Shown here in pieces: positions 10,613 through 23,418 of a stretch of DNA of 64,000 nucleotides. Position numbers and translations under genes: made by a program. Origin of the DNA: Mobula hypostoma. Lineage: Eukaryota. A model generated the notes under the pieces. The model did no database searches. It was not told the origin of the DNA and saw nothing but the letters and a program-made list of their open reading frames with translations. How positions within the stretch are numbered: position 1 is the stretch's first letter; every line of letters starts with the position of its first letter. The stretch is taken from positions 112,036,001 to 112,100,000 of the forward strand of contig NC_086107.1 in the NCBI RefSeq assembly GCF_963921235.1. The letters are read 5' to 3'.

Positions 10613-13600
10613 ATTATACATGTGTCATGTGTACAATTGTATATTATACGTGTGTCATCCTTACTTTCCCAAGTTATTGTGTATTATATGTGTGCCATGT
10701 GTTTCTCCTAGTCTGGAGAAACACTGTCTCATTTAATGGTATGCATGTATGACAAATGACAGTAAACTTGATTTGAACTTGACTCGCCTGTAGTGACAGT
10801 TCAATGGTGCACTTGCAGACCTGCTGCCTCTGAGTTCCCCTGACCTGTGCGCAACCCTGACCTCTGGTGTTCCCTGTGTGCACATATGCCCTCTGACCAT
10901 TTCGATTTCCTTCAAGAGTCCCAGTTTCCTGCTGCATCCCAGACAGGTTGTGGTGTGCTATAAATTGCCCATTGCCCTTGTGTGTGCATGTGTGTGTGCT
11001 AGAAGTAAAGAAGATTTGAGGGGAATGTGGGAGAATATAATGGGATTGATGTACAGGACTGAAAGAAGGTCATAAATGTAGTCAGCTCCATCTTGGGCAC
11101 TAGCCTACAAAGTACCCAGACACCTTCAAGGAGCGGTGTCTCAGAAAGGCAGCGTCCATTATTCAGAACCTCCAGCACCCAGGGCATGCCCTTTTCTCAC
11201 TGTTACCATCAGGTAGGAGGTACAGAAGCCTGAAGCACACACTCAGCAATTCAGGAACAGCTCCTTCCCCTCTGCCATCCGATTCCTAAATGGACATTGA
11301 ACCCGTGAACACTACCTCACTTTTTAAATGTATATTATTTCTGTTTTTGCACGATTTTTACTCTTATCAATATAATTGATTATTATTATTTTTCTTCTAT
11401 GTTATGAACTGCTGCTGCTAACTTAACAAATGCCACGACACAGGCCAGTGATAATAAACCTGATTCTCATTCTGATTCCGTAAGTAGGTGGTTGATGATC
11501 ACTGCAGACTTGGTAGGTCGAAGATTCAAGATTGTTTAATATCATTTCCAGTGCACAAGTTTAATTAAATTATTAATACTCTGGACCCAATGTAGCATAC
11601 AAAAACACAAAAGATAAAGAACACGAGAAAAATAATAAATATAAGTACAAATGATAGGTTATACACATAGATATGCACATAGATACAAGATTCAAGATTG
11701 TTTAATGTCATTTCCTGTACATAAGTATAAAGGAGAATGAAGTAATTGTTACTCGAGATCCGATGCAGCACAAAGAAAACTACAAAAGTACTATAGTACT
11801 AAAACACACACACAATAAATATAAATACATAAGATAGCTTATATACATAGATTAATTGTACGACCAGAAAGTGACACTAGTCTGTACATAAGGTGAGTGA
11901 CAGGAAATAATAAAGTAGTGGTGGAGTCAGTGGGTTTTTATTGTCTATAGAATCAGAATCTGAACCAGGTTTAATATCACCAGCATATGTCGTGAAATTT
12001 GTTAACTAAACAGCAGCACAATGTAATACATGGTAAATATAGAAAAAAATTGAATTACAGTAAGTATATATAATTAAATAAGTTAAAATAAGTAGTGCAA
12101 AAACAGAAACAAATGAAAAGTAGTGAGTCAGTATTCACGGGTTCAATGTCTATTTAGAAATCGGACCTCAGAGGGGAAGAAACTGTTCCTGAATCGCTGA
12201 GTGTGTGCCTTCAGGCTTCTGTGACAGTAATTCAATAGTTAATTGAGATGGTAATTCCTAAGATTGTGAAAGCACTGTAGATATACCAATAGATGTTCTC
12301 TAGATGAATAACACGGTCAAACAAGAAGAATGTATGGACAAAACGTGTTTTTTTTAATGTGCACAGTTTGTCTTTTACACATCGGTCTTTGTTTGCATAT
12401 AATTTTTCATTGCTTCTATTGTATTTCTCCGTTCTACTGTGAAAGCCCACAAGAAGATGAATCTCAAGGTAGTATTTATTTTTTCAACAACACAGTGCAG
12501 GATAGGCCCTTCTGGCTGTTCGAGCCATGTTGCCCCAGCAATCCCTAACAAATCTGATTAACCCTAATCTAATCATGGGACAATTTACAATGACCAATTT
12601 ACCTACCCGGTAGGTCTTTAGACTGTGGGAGGAAACCGGTACACCCAGGGAAAACCCACGCATTTGACAGGGAGGACATATGGAATCCTTACAGACGGCG
12701 CCGGAATTGAACTGTACACGTTGTTCAGTTCCTTCTCGCGCCTTGTTTGGTGCATCCAACAGCATTCTTGCCAAGGCAGAGTTGCCAGCCTGATGCTCAA
12801 TCCAGCACGGTTGGAAAGTGTGCAAGGAGCTGGCCGAATTCGAACCCAGGACCACTTGCCTCGAAGTCCAGTGCTGATGCCACTACACCACCAGCCAGCT
12901 ATCTTTATATGTACTTTACTAATAAATTTACTTTGAACTTTAGCAGCGGGGATTAAGGTATCTAGGACCTTAGGGACCAGCAATGTTTGCTATCCCTACC
13001 CTGGGAATGCCTAGTGCGCCAATGCAGAGGGAGCTTATACAGAGTAATCCATGTTGACATTACCCTGGAAGTAGCTGATGGGACAATTCAGATTGAGATT
13101 GACTCTGTATCTAACCTACCTTAGGAGTGTATCATGAGATTGTCAACAGAGACCTTTAAAATACTTTCTGACTATATCATGAGTATATCATGGTCTCAAC
13201 CTGAAACATTAACTCGATTTCTCTCTCCACAGATGCTGTCTTAATGGGCTGAATAATTCCATCATTTTCTCTTTTTCTTTCAGCATTTACAGTTTCTTTT
13301 ATTTGTTACTCAGTTGGGAGACCTATGGTCTCCAGACCATGTGAGTGCTTTATGGGACGGTGTTAGGGGAGCTTGACTTTGTACCTAACCTGTGTTATCA
13401 CTGCCTTGGGAGTGTTTGACGGGGTGGTGCGGAAGGAATTTTACTGCTTATTTAACCTGTCTTATTTTTTGGGGGGATGTGGGCATCGCTGTCAAGACCC
13501 GTCTTTATTGCCCATTGGTAGAGCACAAAATGCTGGAGAGACTCAGCAGGTCAGGCAGCTCTATGGAAATGAATAAACAGTCGATGTTTCAGGACTGGAA

Positions 13601-14364
13601 AGGAAGGGGGAAGATGCCAGAATAAGAAGGTGGGGGGAGGGGAGGAAGACAAGCTAGAAGGTGATAGTGAAGTCCGGTGGGTGGAAAAGGTAAAGAGCTG
13701 GAGAAGAATGAATCTGGTGGGAGAGGAGAGTGGACCACAGGAGAAAGGGAAGGAGGAGGTACCCATTCCTAATTGCTCTCTAGAGGGCAATGATGATCAA
13801 TAATGTCAAGAGTGATACTTTTTGATCCCAGTGAACTTGTTCTCCCCAACCGGCTTCACCTAGGATGGCTGAGATCAGAAGCCACCCTCATCCTTCAGAA
13901 GACCAAATTTCCTTCATGTCACTTCCTTCTGCGGCCAAATCCATGTACAATTGGTGCAGAAGAGAACAAAGGACCTTTCCCCATCTGCTTTTCAGCCACT
14001 GTTAATGCCTCAAAAATGAATGAGAGCTTTGTATTTTTCACAAGAACTGAGCATATTTTTTTATTATTTATTTTGTATTTCCACAGTGTCTCTGCTTTTG
14101 CACATCGGTTGTCTGCAAATCTTTGTATGTAACTTTTCATTGATTGTATTGTATTTAACAAAACAATTAACAGTCACAGCACGGAAACAGGCCATCTCGG
14201 CCCTTCTAGATTTATTTCTTTATTTTCCCGTGAATGCCTGCAAGGAAATGAATCTCAGGGTTGTATATGGAGACATATATGTACTTTGATAGTAATTTTA
14301 CTTTGATCTTTTGAACTTCGAACTTTGAAAAGCCGCTGTAGGTCTGATGCCAGTGAAAATCATT

Positions 14365-15680
14365 AAAGTTCAAAATTCAAAGTTCAAAGTAAAAATATTT
14401 ATTATCAAAGTACAAATATGTCACCATATACAACACTGAGATTCATTTACTTGTGGGCATACTCAATAAATCCATAATAGAATAATAACCATAACAGAAT
14501 CAATGTAAGACTGCACCAACTTGGGCATTCAACCAATGTGCAAAAGACAACAGACTGTGCAAATGCAAAATTAAAGAAATAATAATAATAATAAACAAAT
14601 AAACAATACGTATAGAGACCATGAGACGAAGAGTCTTTGAAGGTGAGTCCATAGGTTGTGGGAGCATTTCCATGATGGGGCAAATGAAGTTATCCTCTTT
14701 GGTTCAAGAGCCCAATGGCTGAAGGGTAATAACCATTCCTGAACCCGGTGGTGTGAGTCCTGAGGCTCCTGTACTTTCTTCCTGATGGCAGTATCAAGAA
14801 GGGAGCATGACCAGTGTGGTGGGCATCCCTGATGATGGATGCTGCTTTTCTATGACAACACTCCATGTAGATGTGCTCAATGGTGGGGAAAGCTTTACCC
14901 ATGATGGACTGGGCTGTATCCACTAATTTTTTGCAGGATTTTCCATTCAAGGATATCGGTGTTTCCATACCAGGCTGTAATGCAGCCACTCAATATACTC
15001 TCCACCACACATCTATACAGGTTTGTCAAAGTATTAGATATCATGCTAAATCTTCGCAAACTTCTAAGGAAGTAGAGGTGCTGCTGTGCTTTCTTCATAA
15101 TTGCACTTACTTGTTGGGCCCAGGACAGGTCCTCTGAAATGACAGCACTGAGGAATTTAAAGTTAATGACCCTTTCCACCTCTGATCCTCTGATAAGGAT
15201 TGGCTCATGGACTTCTGGTTTCCTCCTGAAGTCAATAATCAGCTCCTAGGTCTTGCTGACATTGAGAAGAGGTTGTTGTTATGGCACTACTAAGCCAGAT
15301 TTTCAATCTCCCTCCTATATGCTGATTCGTCACCACCTTTGATTCAACCCATGACAGTGGTTTTGTCAGTAAACTTGAATATGGCATTGGAGCTGTGCTT
15401 AGCCTCACAGTCATAAGTGTACAGCAAGTAGAGCAGGGGGCTAAGATCATACAGGAGATGTTGCCAATCCGAAGTGACTGAGGTCTGCATGTGAGGATCC
15501 AATTGTGCAAGGAGGTGTTGAGGCCAAGGTCTTGGAGTCTTTTGATTAGTTTTGTGGGAATGATGGTGTTGAATGCTAAGCTGTACTTCATAAAGAGCAT
15601 CGAGATGTTCCAGGGTTGAGTGAAGAGCCAATGAGATGGTATCTGCCGTGGACTAATTGCTCCGGTAGGCAAACTGGAGC
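14365..15680 (-). mobile_element. Rex1/L2-group LINE RT fragment
   Basis: Frameshifted RT peptides [32 protein letters not shown] and PSGRKYRSLRTHT. Confidence 0.8.
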
Positions 15681-15759
15681 CTACTTCTTTTCATAACTAC
15701 AGTAGGGATGGCTTGGCTCGTCTCACTGTGAGTAACATTTCAATTTCCTGCTTTTCTAG

Positions 15760-15897
15760 GCTCTGTATACCTTCCTACACCAGTGCATTCTGGACATAAT
15801 TGAAAGGAAATGGAACATTGAGCACACCTATCCAAATGACACAGGCCACTTCTATGAAAGCATCAAAGACAAGAGTGAATATCAAGTTGTTGTTTAA
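15760..15897 (+). CDS. PTPRH-like phosphatase, terminal coding exon
   Basis: Acceptor ttcctgcttttctag, phase 0. Reads ALYTFLHQCILDIIERKWNIEHTYPNDTGHFYESIKDKSEYQVVV*, compared with AQYVFLHQCIL in PTPRH plus a Tyr-rich tail typical of R3 RPTPs. Confidence 0.9.
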   Translation, partial: ALYTFLHQCILDIIERKWNIEHTYPNDTGHFYESIKDKSEYQVVV

Positions 15898-17580
15898 GAG
15901 TTGTCGGACTGTTCCATCCAGTCGCGTTGCCATGGATACACGTTGCACCCTGCCTGTAAGCGTGCTTGTGTTTATTTTCTCCCTCTTTTCTAGCATCACT
16001 GACCCTGTGGAGACTGCACTGAGATCAGCAGACTGTTAGATTAGCTCCATTTCTCACATGCACGTCGAAACCCACAGTGAACTGCGTCACTTGCGCCAAA
16101 TTAAATCAGCGTGGACTGTGCTGGGGGCAGCCCGCAAGTGTCACCAACATATCATGTCCTCAATTCACTAACCCAATCTCTAACCGGTACATCTTTGGAA
16201 TATGAGACCCAGAGCACCTGTAACAAAGCCCTCACATACAAGGGAGAACGTACAAACTCCTTAGCGATAACAGTGGGAATCAAACCCCCATTGTTGATTT
16301 CTGGCACTGTACTGTAATAATACTATAAAACGGTAAAATATAAGAGCTGAATTAGGCCATTTGGCCCATTGAATCTGCTCCGCCATTTCATCCTGGCAGA
16401 TCCAATGGTCCTCTCAGTCCCCGTCTCCTGCCTTCTCCCCGTATCCCTTCATGCCCTGACTAATCAAGAATCTATCAACCTCTGCCCTAACTATACATAA
16501 AGACTTGACCTCCTCAACTGCCTGTGGCAATGAATTCCACAGATTCACCACTATCTGGCTAAAGAAATTCCTCCTCATCTCCATTTCATTGGCTTTGTAT
16601 CTGTACTCGGCACAATGACAATAAAGTTGAATCTAATCTAATCTAAAAGGACAACTCTCTATTCTGAGTCTATGTCCTCTGGTCTTAAATTCTCCCATCA
16701 TTAGAAATATCCCCTCCACCTGCACTCTATCAAGGTTGTTCACCATCTGATAGGTTTCAATGAGGTCACCCCTCATTCTTCTAAATTCTAGTGAATACGG
16801 ACCCAGAGCCATCAAATGTTGCTGCGATATCATTTTTCCAATTTTTTTGTAATCATTAGGGTACCATTACTGCGCAGTTAACTGCATCCAAACTCTCCAA
16901 ATCACCGTCTGTGCATTCTACCTCTGGTTCACTATCCACTCCAGTGCATCGGTGTCTGTCTCGGTGTTTGCATATATCTCCATGTGCATCAGACTACCCC
17001 CGGTGTCTCTGCCTGCTTTATTATCTCTGTCTGTATCTCACACTGTTTCCACCAACCCTTCAATGTCTGTCTCACTGTCCATACATGACTCACTGGTCTG
17101 TCTACATCAAACCCCCTTTGTCTACATCAGACTCCCTCTGTCTATGTGTCTGTCCTGTGTTTTGTCTCTATCCAACTTTCTCTTTAAATTTTTTTTACCG
17201 CTGTGTGGACCAATCATTGCTCTGAGCAGGAAATTTTTGCACAGTCTGAAAACTGAGTGGCACTTTAAATGGCTTTTTTTGTAATGTGAATATTTAGAAC
17301 GAAAATTGAAAAATCACATACTTATGATTTTATGTATTAATTGAAGGGTATATTGAAATACAGTACAGCAAAGCAAATCGTTCACATTTTGTAAGCTTTT
17401 TCTCATCTCTGTTAGAGTGCTTTTTGGGTTTAGCACATATAGCAAATAGCTGTTTGTTCTTTCCATTTTTTTACCTCTCTCTCTACCCTCCCACTCCCCG
17501 CCTCCCTTCCCACTCCATCCTCCCCCTCTCCCTCCTCACCCTCCAAAAGATAGTCAGCTTATTTGTGAGTGTGTGCATCA

Positions 17581-17586
17581 AATAAA
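17581..17586 (+). terminator. Probable polyadenylation signal of the PTP gene
   Basis: AATAAA at the end of an AT-rich non-repeat stretch about 1.7 kb after the stop, just before repeats resume. Confidence 0.5.
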
Positions 17587-17699
17587 AAGACTACTGTTCG
17601 TACAGTCTCTACGGTGACTTTGCCCACATGACAAGGAGCATTTCAGTCACTGCGCGGCCACGCACCCTTGCAGTTGAGAAGAAACAGTGCTTCTGTCCA

Positions 17700-18345
17700 A
17701 CACTCACAACACGCTGCAGGAACTCAGCAGGTTGGGCAGCATCCGTGGAAACAATGAGTTGACATTTTGGGCCAGAACACTTCGTCAAGACTGAAGAGGG
17801 AAGGGGCAGAGGCCCTATAAATAAGGTGGGAGAGGGTGGGAAGAAGGCTGGTAGGTTCCAGGTGAAAAACCAGTAAGGGGAAAGATAAAGGGGTGGGGGA
17901 GAGGAGGCAGGGAGGTGATAGGCAGGAAAGGTGGAGAAGGAACAGGGGAAAACACAATGGGTAGTAGAAGGAGGTGGAACCATGAGAGAGGTGATAGGCA
18001 GCTGGGGGAGGGGGCAGAGTGACATAGGGATAGAGGAAGGGAGGGGGAGGGAATTACCGGAAGTTGGAGAATTCTATGTTCATATCAAGGGGCTGGAGAT
18101 TACCTAGATGATGTATGAGGTGTTGCTCCTCCAACCTGAGTTTAGCCTCATCATGGCAGTAGAGGAGGCCATGTATGGACATATCTGAATGGGAATGGGA
18201 AGCAGAGTTGAAGTGGGTGGCTACCGGGAGATCCTGTCTGTTGTGGCGGACGGAGCGGAGGTGCTCGACGAAGCGGTCCCCCAATCTGTGTCGGGTTTCG
18301 CCGATGTAGAGGAGGCCGCACCGGGAGCACCGGATGCAATAGATG
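17700..18345 (-). mobile_element. Penelope-like element 3' part
   Basis: GDRFVEHLRSVRHNRQDLPVATHFNS...LEEQHLI (GIY-YIG C-terminus). Confidence 0.85.
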
Positions 18346-19464
18346 ACCCCCTGTCCATATGTCCCACCATTTCAGTGTCTCTGCTGAGATTGAATTATAT
18401 ATTTGTTTGTCCCACTTCCTTCTATAGTCCGTCACATGGTCGTTGTCCATTCCAGAGTCTCCAGACAGTCCGCACCCTTTTCAATAGTCACCCAGTTCCT
18501 CCACAATCCTCCCACTATCTCGATGTCCACAGGTCCAATAGATTTCTGTTCCAGGAGCAGCCAAGAGTTATTACCTTCTGAGGAAGCGCCCCCTGATTCC
18601 AGGTGATACAATGTCCAAATGACGCGTAATCAGATTATCGTCTCCCACCTTCAGTGAGGCAGGACACGGGCAGACTACGGCAGGGCACTGTGAATGGCCG
18701 GGCAGAATGGAGTGCAATGAGATTAATTTCCCTTGAGGAGAAGCCCAAAAAGTTTAGAGCTCAAGTAATTGGAGGAATTACACCAAAGGCCCTTCAAAGT
18801 GAAGCAAAGCTCTTATAAACAAAACAGAAATAAGTAATATTGCTGGAATTTAGTGACAGTGGGAGGTGGGGGAGGGATGGGGACTGTCAGCCATGGTTGG
18901 CAGCTTATCTGGGAGAAGGAAAACTCTGACCTCAAACCATCACTGCCTCGCGGCTGTATCCACTCTTTGGGAAGGCTTCGGGAGTAAACCCTGAGGGAAA
19001 AATCCGGAGCTGGAGTCCCTAAGGCAGACTGACGTTGAGTTCAACACTGACTGGCAACTCCTGCAATGCCACTGGTGCCAAACTGTATCAGTTACTAACG
19101 TTCCTTTGGATTCATCAGCTGCTTGGGAAGGGGAGCCTGCTACACGGGCAACAGCTTGCTCTCCATATCATACTGCCCCAGCTTGCGTGCCGACTATGTC
19201 TTTGCTACGATGTAAAATCCATGGTTGTCCCTGACCAATGGGGGCCTCATTCTCGGGTGGGGACTGAATAGTAAATCGTCCAGCCACTAAGGAGAAGAAA
19301 TCGGTCAGATTATCAAAGTAATGTGGCAATCTGTTATGGCATGTTTTGCCTTGCTGCACTGAGACACTCTGACCCCTCACTGGCCAAATCCAGGATGTTG
19401 CTGTTTACCAGTGCCATTAAATACCAAAATCCCACCCCCTGTTCCAAATTCCACCCACCTGAAG

Positions 19465-20935
19465 AATCATAGTCATAGAAAAGTACAGCACCGAAACAGG
19501 CCCTTTGGCCCATCTAGTCTGTGCTGAACCACTTAAGCTGCCTACTCCCATCATCCTGCACCAGGACCACAGCCCTCCAAACCCCTCCCATCCATATACC
19601 TATCCAAACTTCTCTTAAACGTTGAAATCGAGACTGCATCCACCACTTGTGCTGGCAGCTCGTTCCACACTCTCACCACCCTCTGAGTGAAGAGGTTCCC
19701 CCTCATGTTCCCTTCAAACTTTTCACCTTTCACCCTTAACCCATGACCTCTGGTTGTAGTCCCACCCAACCTCAGTGGAAAAAAGCCTGCGTGCATTTAC
19801 CCTATCTACACCCCTCATAATTTTATATACCTCTATCAAATCTCCCCTCAATCTCCTTTCTAAGTTCCCAGTAATAAAGTCCCAACCTATTCAATCGTTC
19901 TTTATAACTCAGGTCCTCCATCCCTGGCATCATCCTTGTGAGTTTTCTCTGAAGGCAGAACATCTCCTCAGCACCTACCTCATCAACCCCGTCAGAATAT
20001 TGTATACTTCAAGGTCACCTCTCATTTGAGTAAACTTCAATATGTTCCTCAACAATTCTGCATAAAACAACCCTTTTTCCACTCAAAAGCTGTTGGCCAC
20101 ATCTATACTGACCATTCTTGGTCAAACCAACAAATGCCAATATATTTAAATGTAGTAATTATGTAATTTTTTCTAAGACTGTCTAACTCCAATTAAAGCA
20201 CTGTTTCTAATTTACTAAGGAAGTCTGCATTTAGGATTAAGAGCTATGGTTTCACACTCTTGTGGCCACAGACTTACTGGGTGTGACCCAGACATACAAT
20301 CTGCTTGTTCCATCTCAGTTCACCTCCTGAACAAGAACAACTTCCTGCAAAGGCTGGAGGTCACAGAAAACGCTGCAACTGGGAGCATCAGAGGAGAGAG
20401 AAAATCAGGAATTAACCTTTCAGGTTCATGAACTTTAATCTGAACTCTATTCAGATTTAGACCATAAGACCTAAGAGCAGAATTAGGCCATTCAGCCCAT
20501 TGAATCTGCTTCTCCATTCCAGTACGGCTGACTTATTTTCCCTCTCAACCCCATTCTCTTGCCTTCTCCCCTCACCTTTGACACCCTGACTAATCAGAAA
20601 CCAATCAACTTCTGCTTTAAATAGACCCAACGGCTTGACCTCCACAGCTGCCTGTGATAATGAATTCCACAGATTCACTATCCTCTGGCTAAAGAAATTC
20701 CTCCTCATCTCTGTTCTAAAGGGGGGTCCTTCTATTCTGAGGCTGTGCACTCTGGTCCTAGACTCCCCCACTATAGGAAACATCCTCTCTACGTCCACTT
20801 TGTCTAGCCCTTTCAATATTCAGTTGGTTTCAATGAGATTTCAATCGTTCTTCTGAACTGCAGTGAGGACAGGCCCAGAGCCATGAAACACTCCGTATGC
20901 ATTAGCCTTTCCACTCCTGGGATCGTTCTTGTGAA
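19465..20935 (-). mobile_element. Two CR1 LINE 3' fragments (~19465-19950 and ~20460-20935)
   Basis: TRGHGLRVKG...FTQRVVRVWNELP and FFSQRIVNLWNSL peptides. Confidence 0.8.
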
Positions 20936-21135
20936 ATTATTCAGCTGCAGTTCATGGTAGAATTCAGGTAAAGGGGCTTGTCTGAGAGGGTATGTGTATA
21001 GCATAGAAACAGGCCCTTCGGCCCATAATGCCTGTGCCAACCACGATGCAAATTTAAGCTGCTGATCTTCCTCTATTCTCCCCATACGGTGTAAAAGTCT
21101 GCCAGTATTGCAAAGGATAAAAGTGTTGGTGAATA

Positions 21136-21758
21136 CACTGGACAACAAATTTTTTCTGAAGTGTTGCTTCCTCAGAATTTTTTTTTTTGTTTATGATAGA
21201 CCGCTTGAAGCTGAACACAAATATAATTTCAGACTACTTTTAACACACAGGAATTTGGAGAAACAAGAAACAAACTTATTGAATATAACGTATTTAATTG
21301 AATAATTGATGCTTTGCAATGGTCAAACTAAGCTAAATACGTTTTGTCGATGATTTTCATTTGTACTCAGTGTATGAGGCTTCTCGCTTAAGTGTCCAAC
21401 AATAATCAGCCAGCATTGATGGATCCCAGTTGCCTGATACCATTTCTCCATGACTGCAATGTCCTGGTGAAATCTTTCACCGAGCTCGTCACTGACAGTA
21501 CCAGGATTTGCAGGGAAGAAGTCTAAATGGGAATGCAGGAAGTGAATCTTTAGTGACATGTTGCACTTCATGGTTTTGTATGCTTGAAGCATGTTGTCAC
21601 CCAGCTGCTCATAGTTTGGCGCTCTGTCGTAGCCAAGAAAATTTTGAACACATCCTTGAATGCCCTCCATGTGATTTTCTCCAGACCCATTATAAGTTCT
21701 AATTGCCTGTCACTGGTGACCTGTTTGATTTGTGGACCAACAAAAGTGCCTCCCTTAA
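21136..21758 (-). mobile_element. Chapaev3-like (CMC superfamily) DNA transposon, 3' fragment
   Basis: Transposase C-terminus MSLKIHFLHSHLDFFPANPGTVSDELGERFHQDI and GTFVGPQI, with a CACTG terminus at 21136. Confidence 0.65.
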
Positions 21759-22564
21759 TACTTTATAGCCGCCAAACAATTCGTACTAGAACGTACAATC
21801 ATCACAGCGATATTTGATTCTGCGCTACCCACTCCCTGGATTACAAATATTAAATATTAAAAATATTAAAAATAGTAAAAATTCGTAAATATTAAAAATT
21901 TAAATTATAACTCATAAGTAGAAAATAGAAAAATGGAAAGTAAGGTAGTGCAAAAAAAAACTGAGAGGCAGGTCCGGATATATAATACGGGTTTCCCCCG
22001 CCATCCGAAGGTACAGCGTTCCTATGGAATGGTTCATAAGCCGGAATGTCGTAAAGAGAAGAAGCAATGACCATTTATTTATATGGGAAAAATTTGTGAG
22101 CGTTCGCAGACACAAAAAATAACCTACCAAATCATGCCAAATAACACATAAAACCTAAAATAACAGTAACATATAGTAAAAACAGGAATGATATGATAAA
22201 TACACAACCTATATAAAGTAGAAATACTTTTCTACAATCATTGCCGCACTGCTCTCCGTAGCGAAAATCTCACGCAAGCGCTCTCCGCAGAAACACAACG
22301 CAGGCGCTCTGGGCAGAAACACTCTCTCCAGTAACCTTTACGTGATGAAGCTGCCAAATCATACCAAATAACACATAAAAATACACAGCCTATATAAAGT
22401 AGAAATAATGTATGTACAGTGTAGTATCACTTACCAGAATTAGGAAGACAGTGCCGAGCACACTGATGATGGCGTGATAGGCTGAGTCGTCGGAGGTTGG
22501 GGTGGTGCAGTAGTCCCTAAACTCCAGTCCGCCGACTAATACCAATCCGTGACACATGCAGGGG

Positions 22565-22801
22565 TACAGCGGTAGCCAGGATGCACCCAGCACATCTTTA
22601 AGAAAAAAGCCAAAATAAACAAGCTAATTAATTAGGTGCTGCCCGGCACGTAAATGTTGGCCCAGATCAGAGGCGACGCAATCGGCAATCGCCTCTGATC
22701 TGGGCCGACAGTTACGTACTGGGTGGCACCTAATTAATTAGCTTGTTTATTTCAGCATTTTTTCTTAAGGATGTGCTGGGTGCATCCCAGCTACTGCTGC
22801 A
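22565..22801. repeat. Long imperfect palindrome with ~112-bp arms and a ~12-nt loop
   Basis: ...ggcccagatcagaggcga-cgcaatcggcaa-tcgcctctgatctgggcc..., with the arms alignable throughout. Confidence 0.9.
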
Positions 22802-23418
22802 TTCTCCACGGCAATGTATCGTTCCACGGCCCGGGGATTGGGGTGGTGGGACACTGGGGTGTCATCTCATTGTCTATTTCCATCAGGGCAGGCAGGTCAT
22901 CTTCTATGTCTGCCTGCCTCGATGTCGAAGGTCGAGGTTCGTCGTCTGCTGTGGCTGATGTGGAAGGCTTGAAAAACGACAGTATGCTTGACTGCTTAGC
23001 CTCGCGCATTTTTCTATCATCTCACGCAGTTGCTTCACGTTCAGTTCCTGGGCAACTTCAGTTTCGGTCCCTTCGCTACTGCAGTCGGTTTTGAGTGTTG
23101 TTCTTTCCTCTTCCAATTGCATCAGCTCTTCATCTATCAGTTCTTGGTGATGGGATGCCAAAACCTCTTCAATATCATCTTCGTCACCTCCCACAAGCCA
23201 AACTCACCTTGTCCGTACTTCGTTCACCACGATCAAAACGCTTAATTATGCCTAGTTTTACGCTAAGTGTAACACCTTACGAGCTCTTTTAGGCTTTTCC
23301 GATACCTCAGAACTCACCTTGCTAACGGCTGCTCAAAATAAATCGACATAAAGCACGGGTGCTCACAGGCACGTGCCGGCTAGAACGCAGTTCCGGGGGA
23401 GGAGCTTGGCTGCTCGGG

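Noticed and set aside
16585..16645. AATAAA at ~16620 as the PTP poly(A) signal
   Set aside because: It belongs to a tiny LINE 3' tail with (ATCTA)n inserted in a CR1. Its use cannot be excluded, but there is no support for it.
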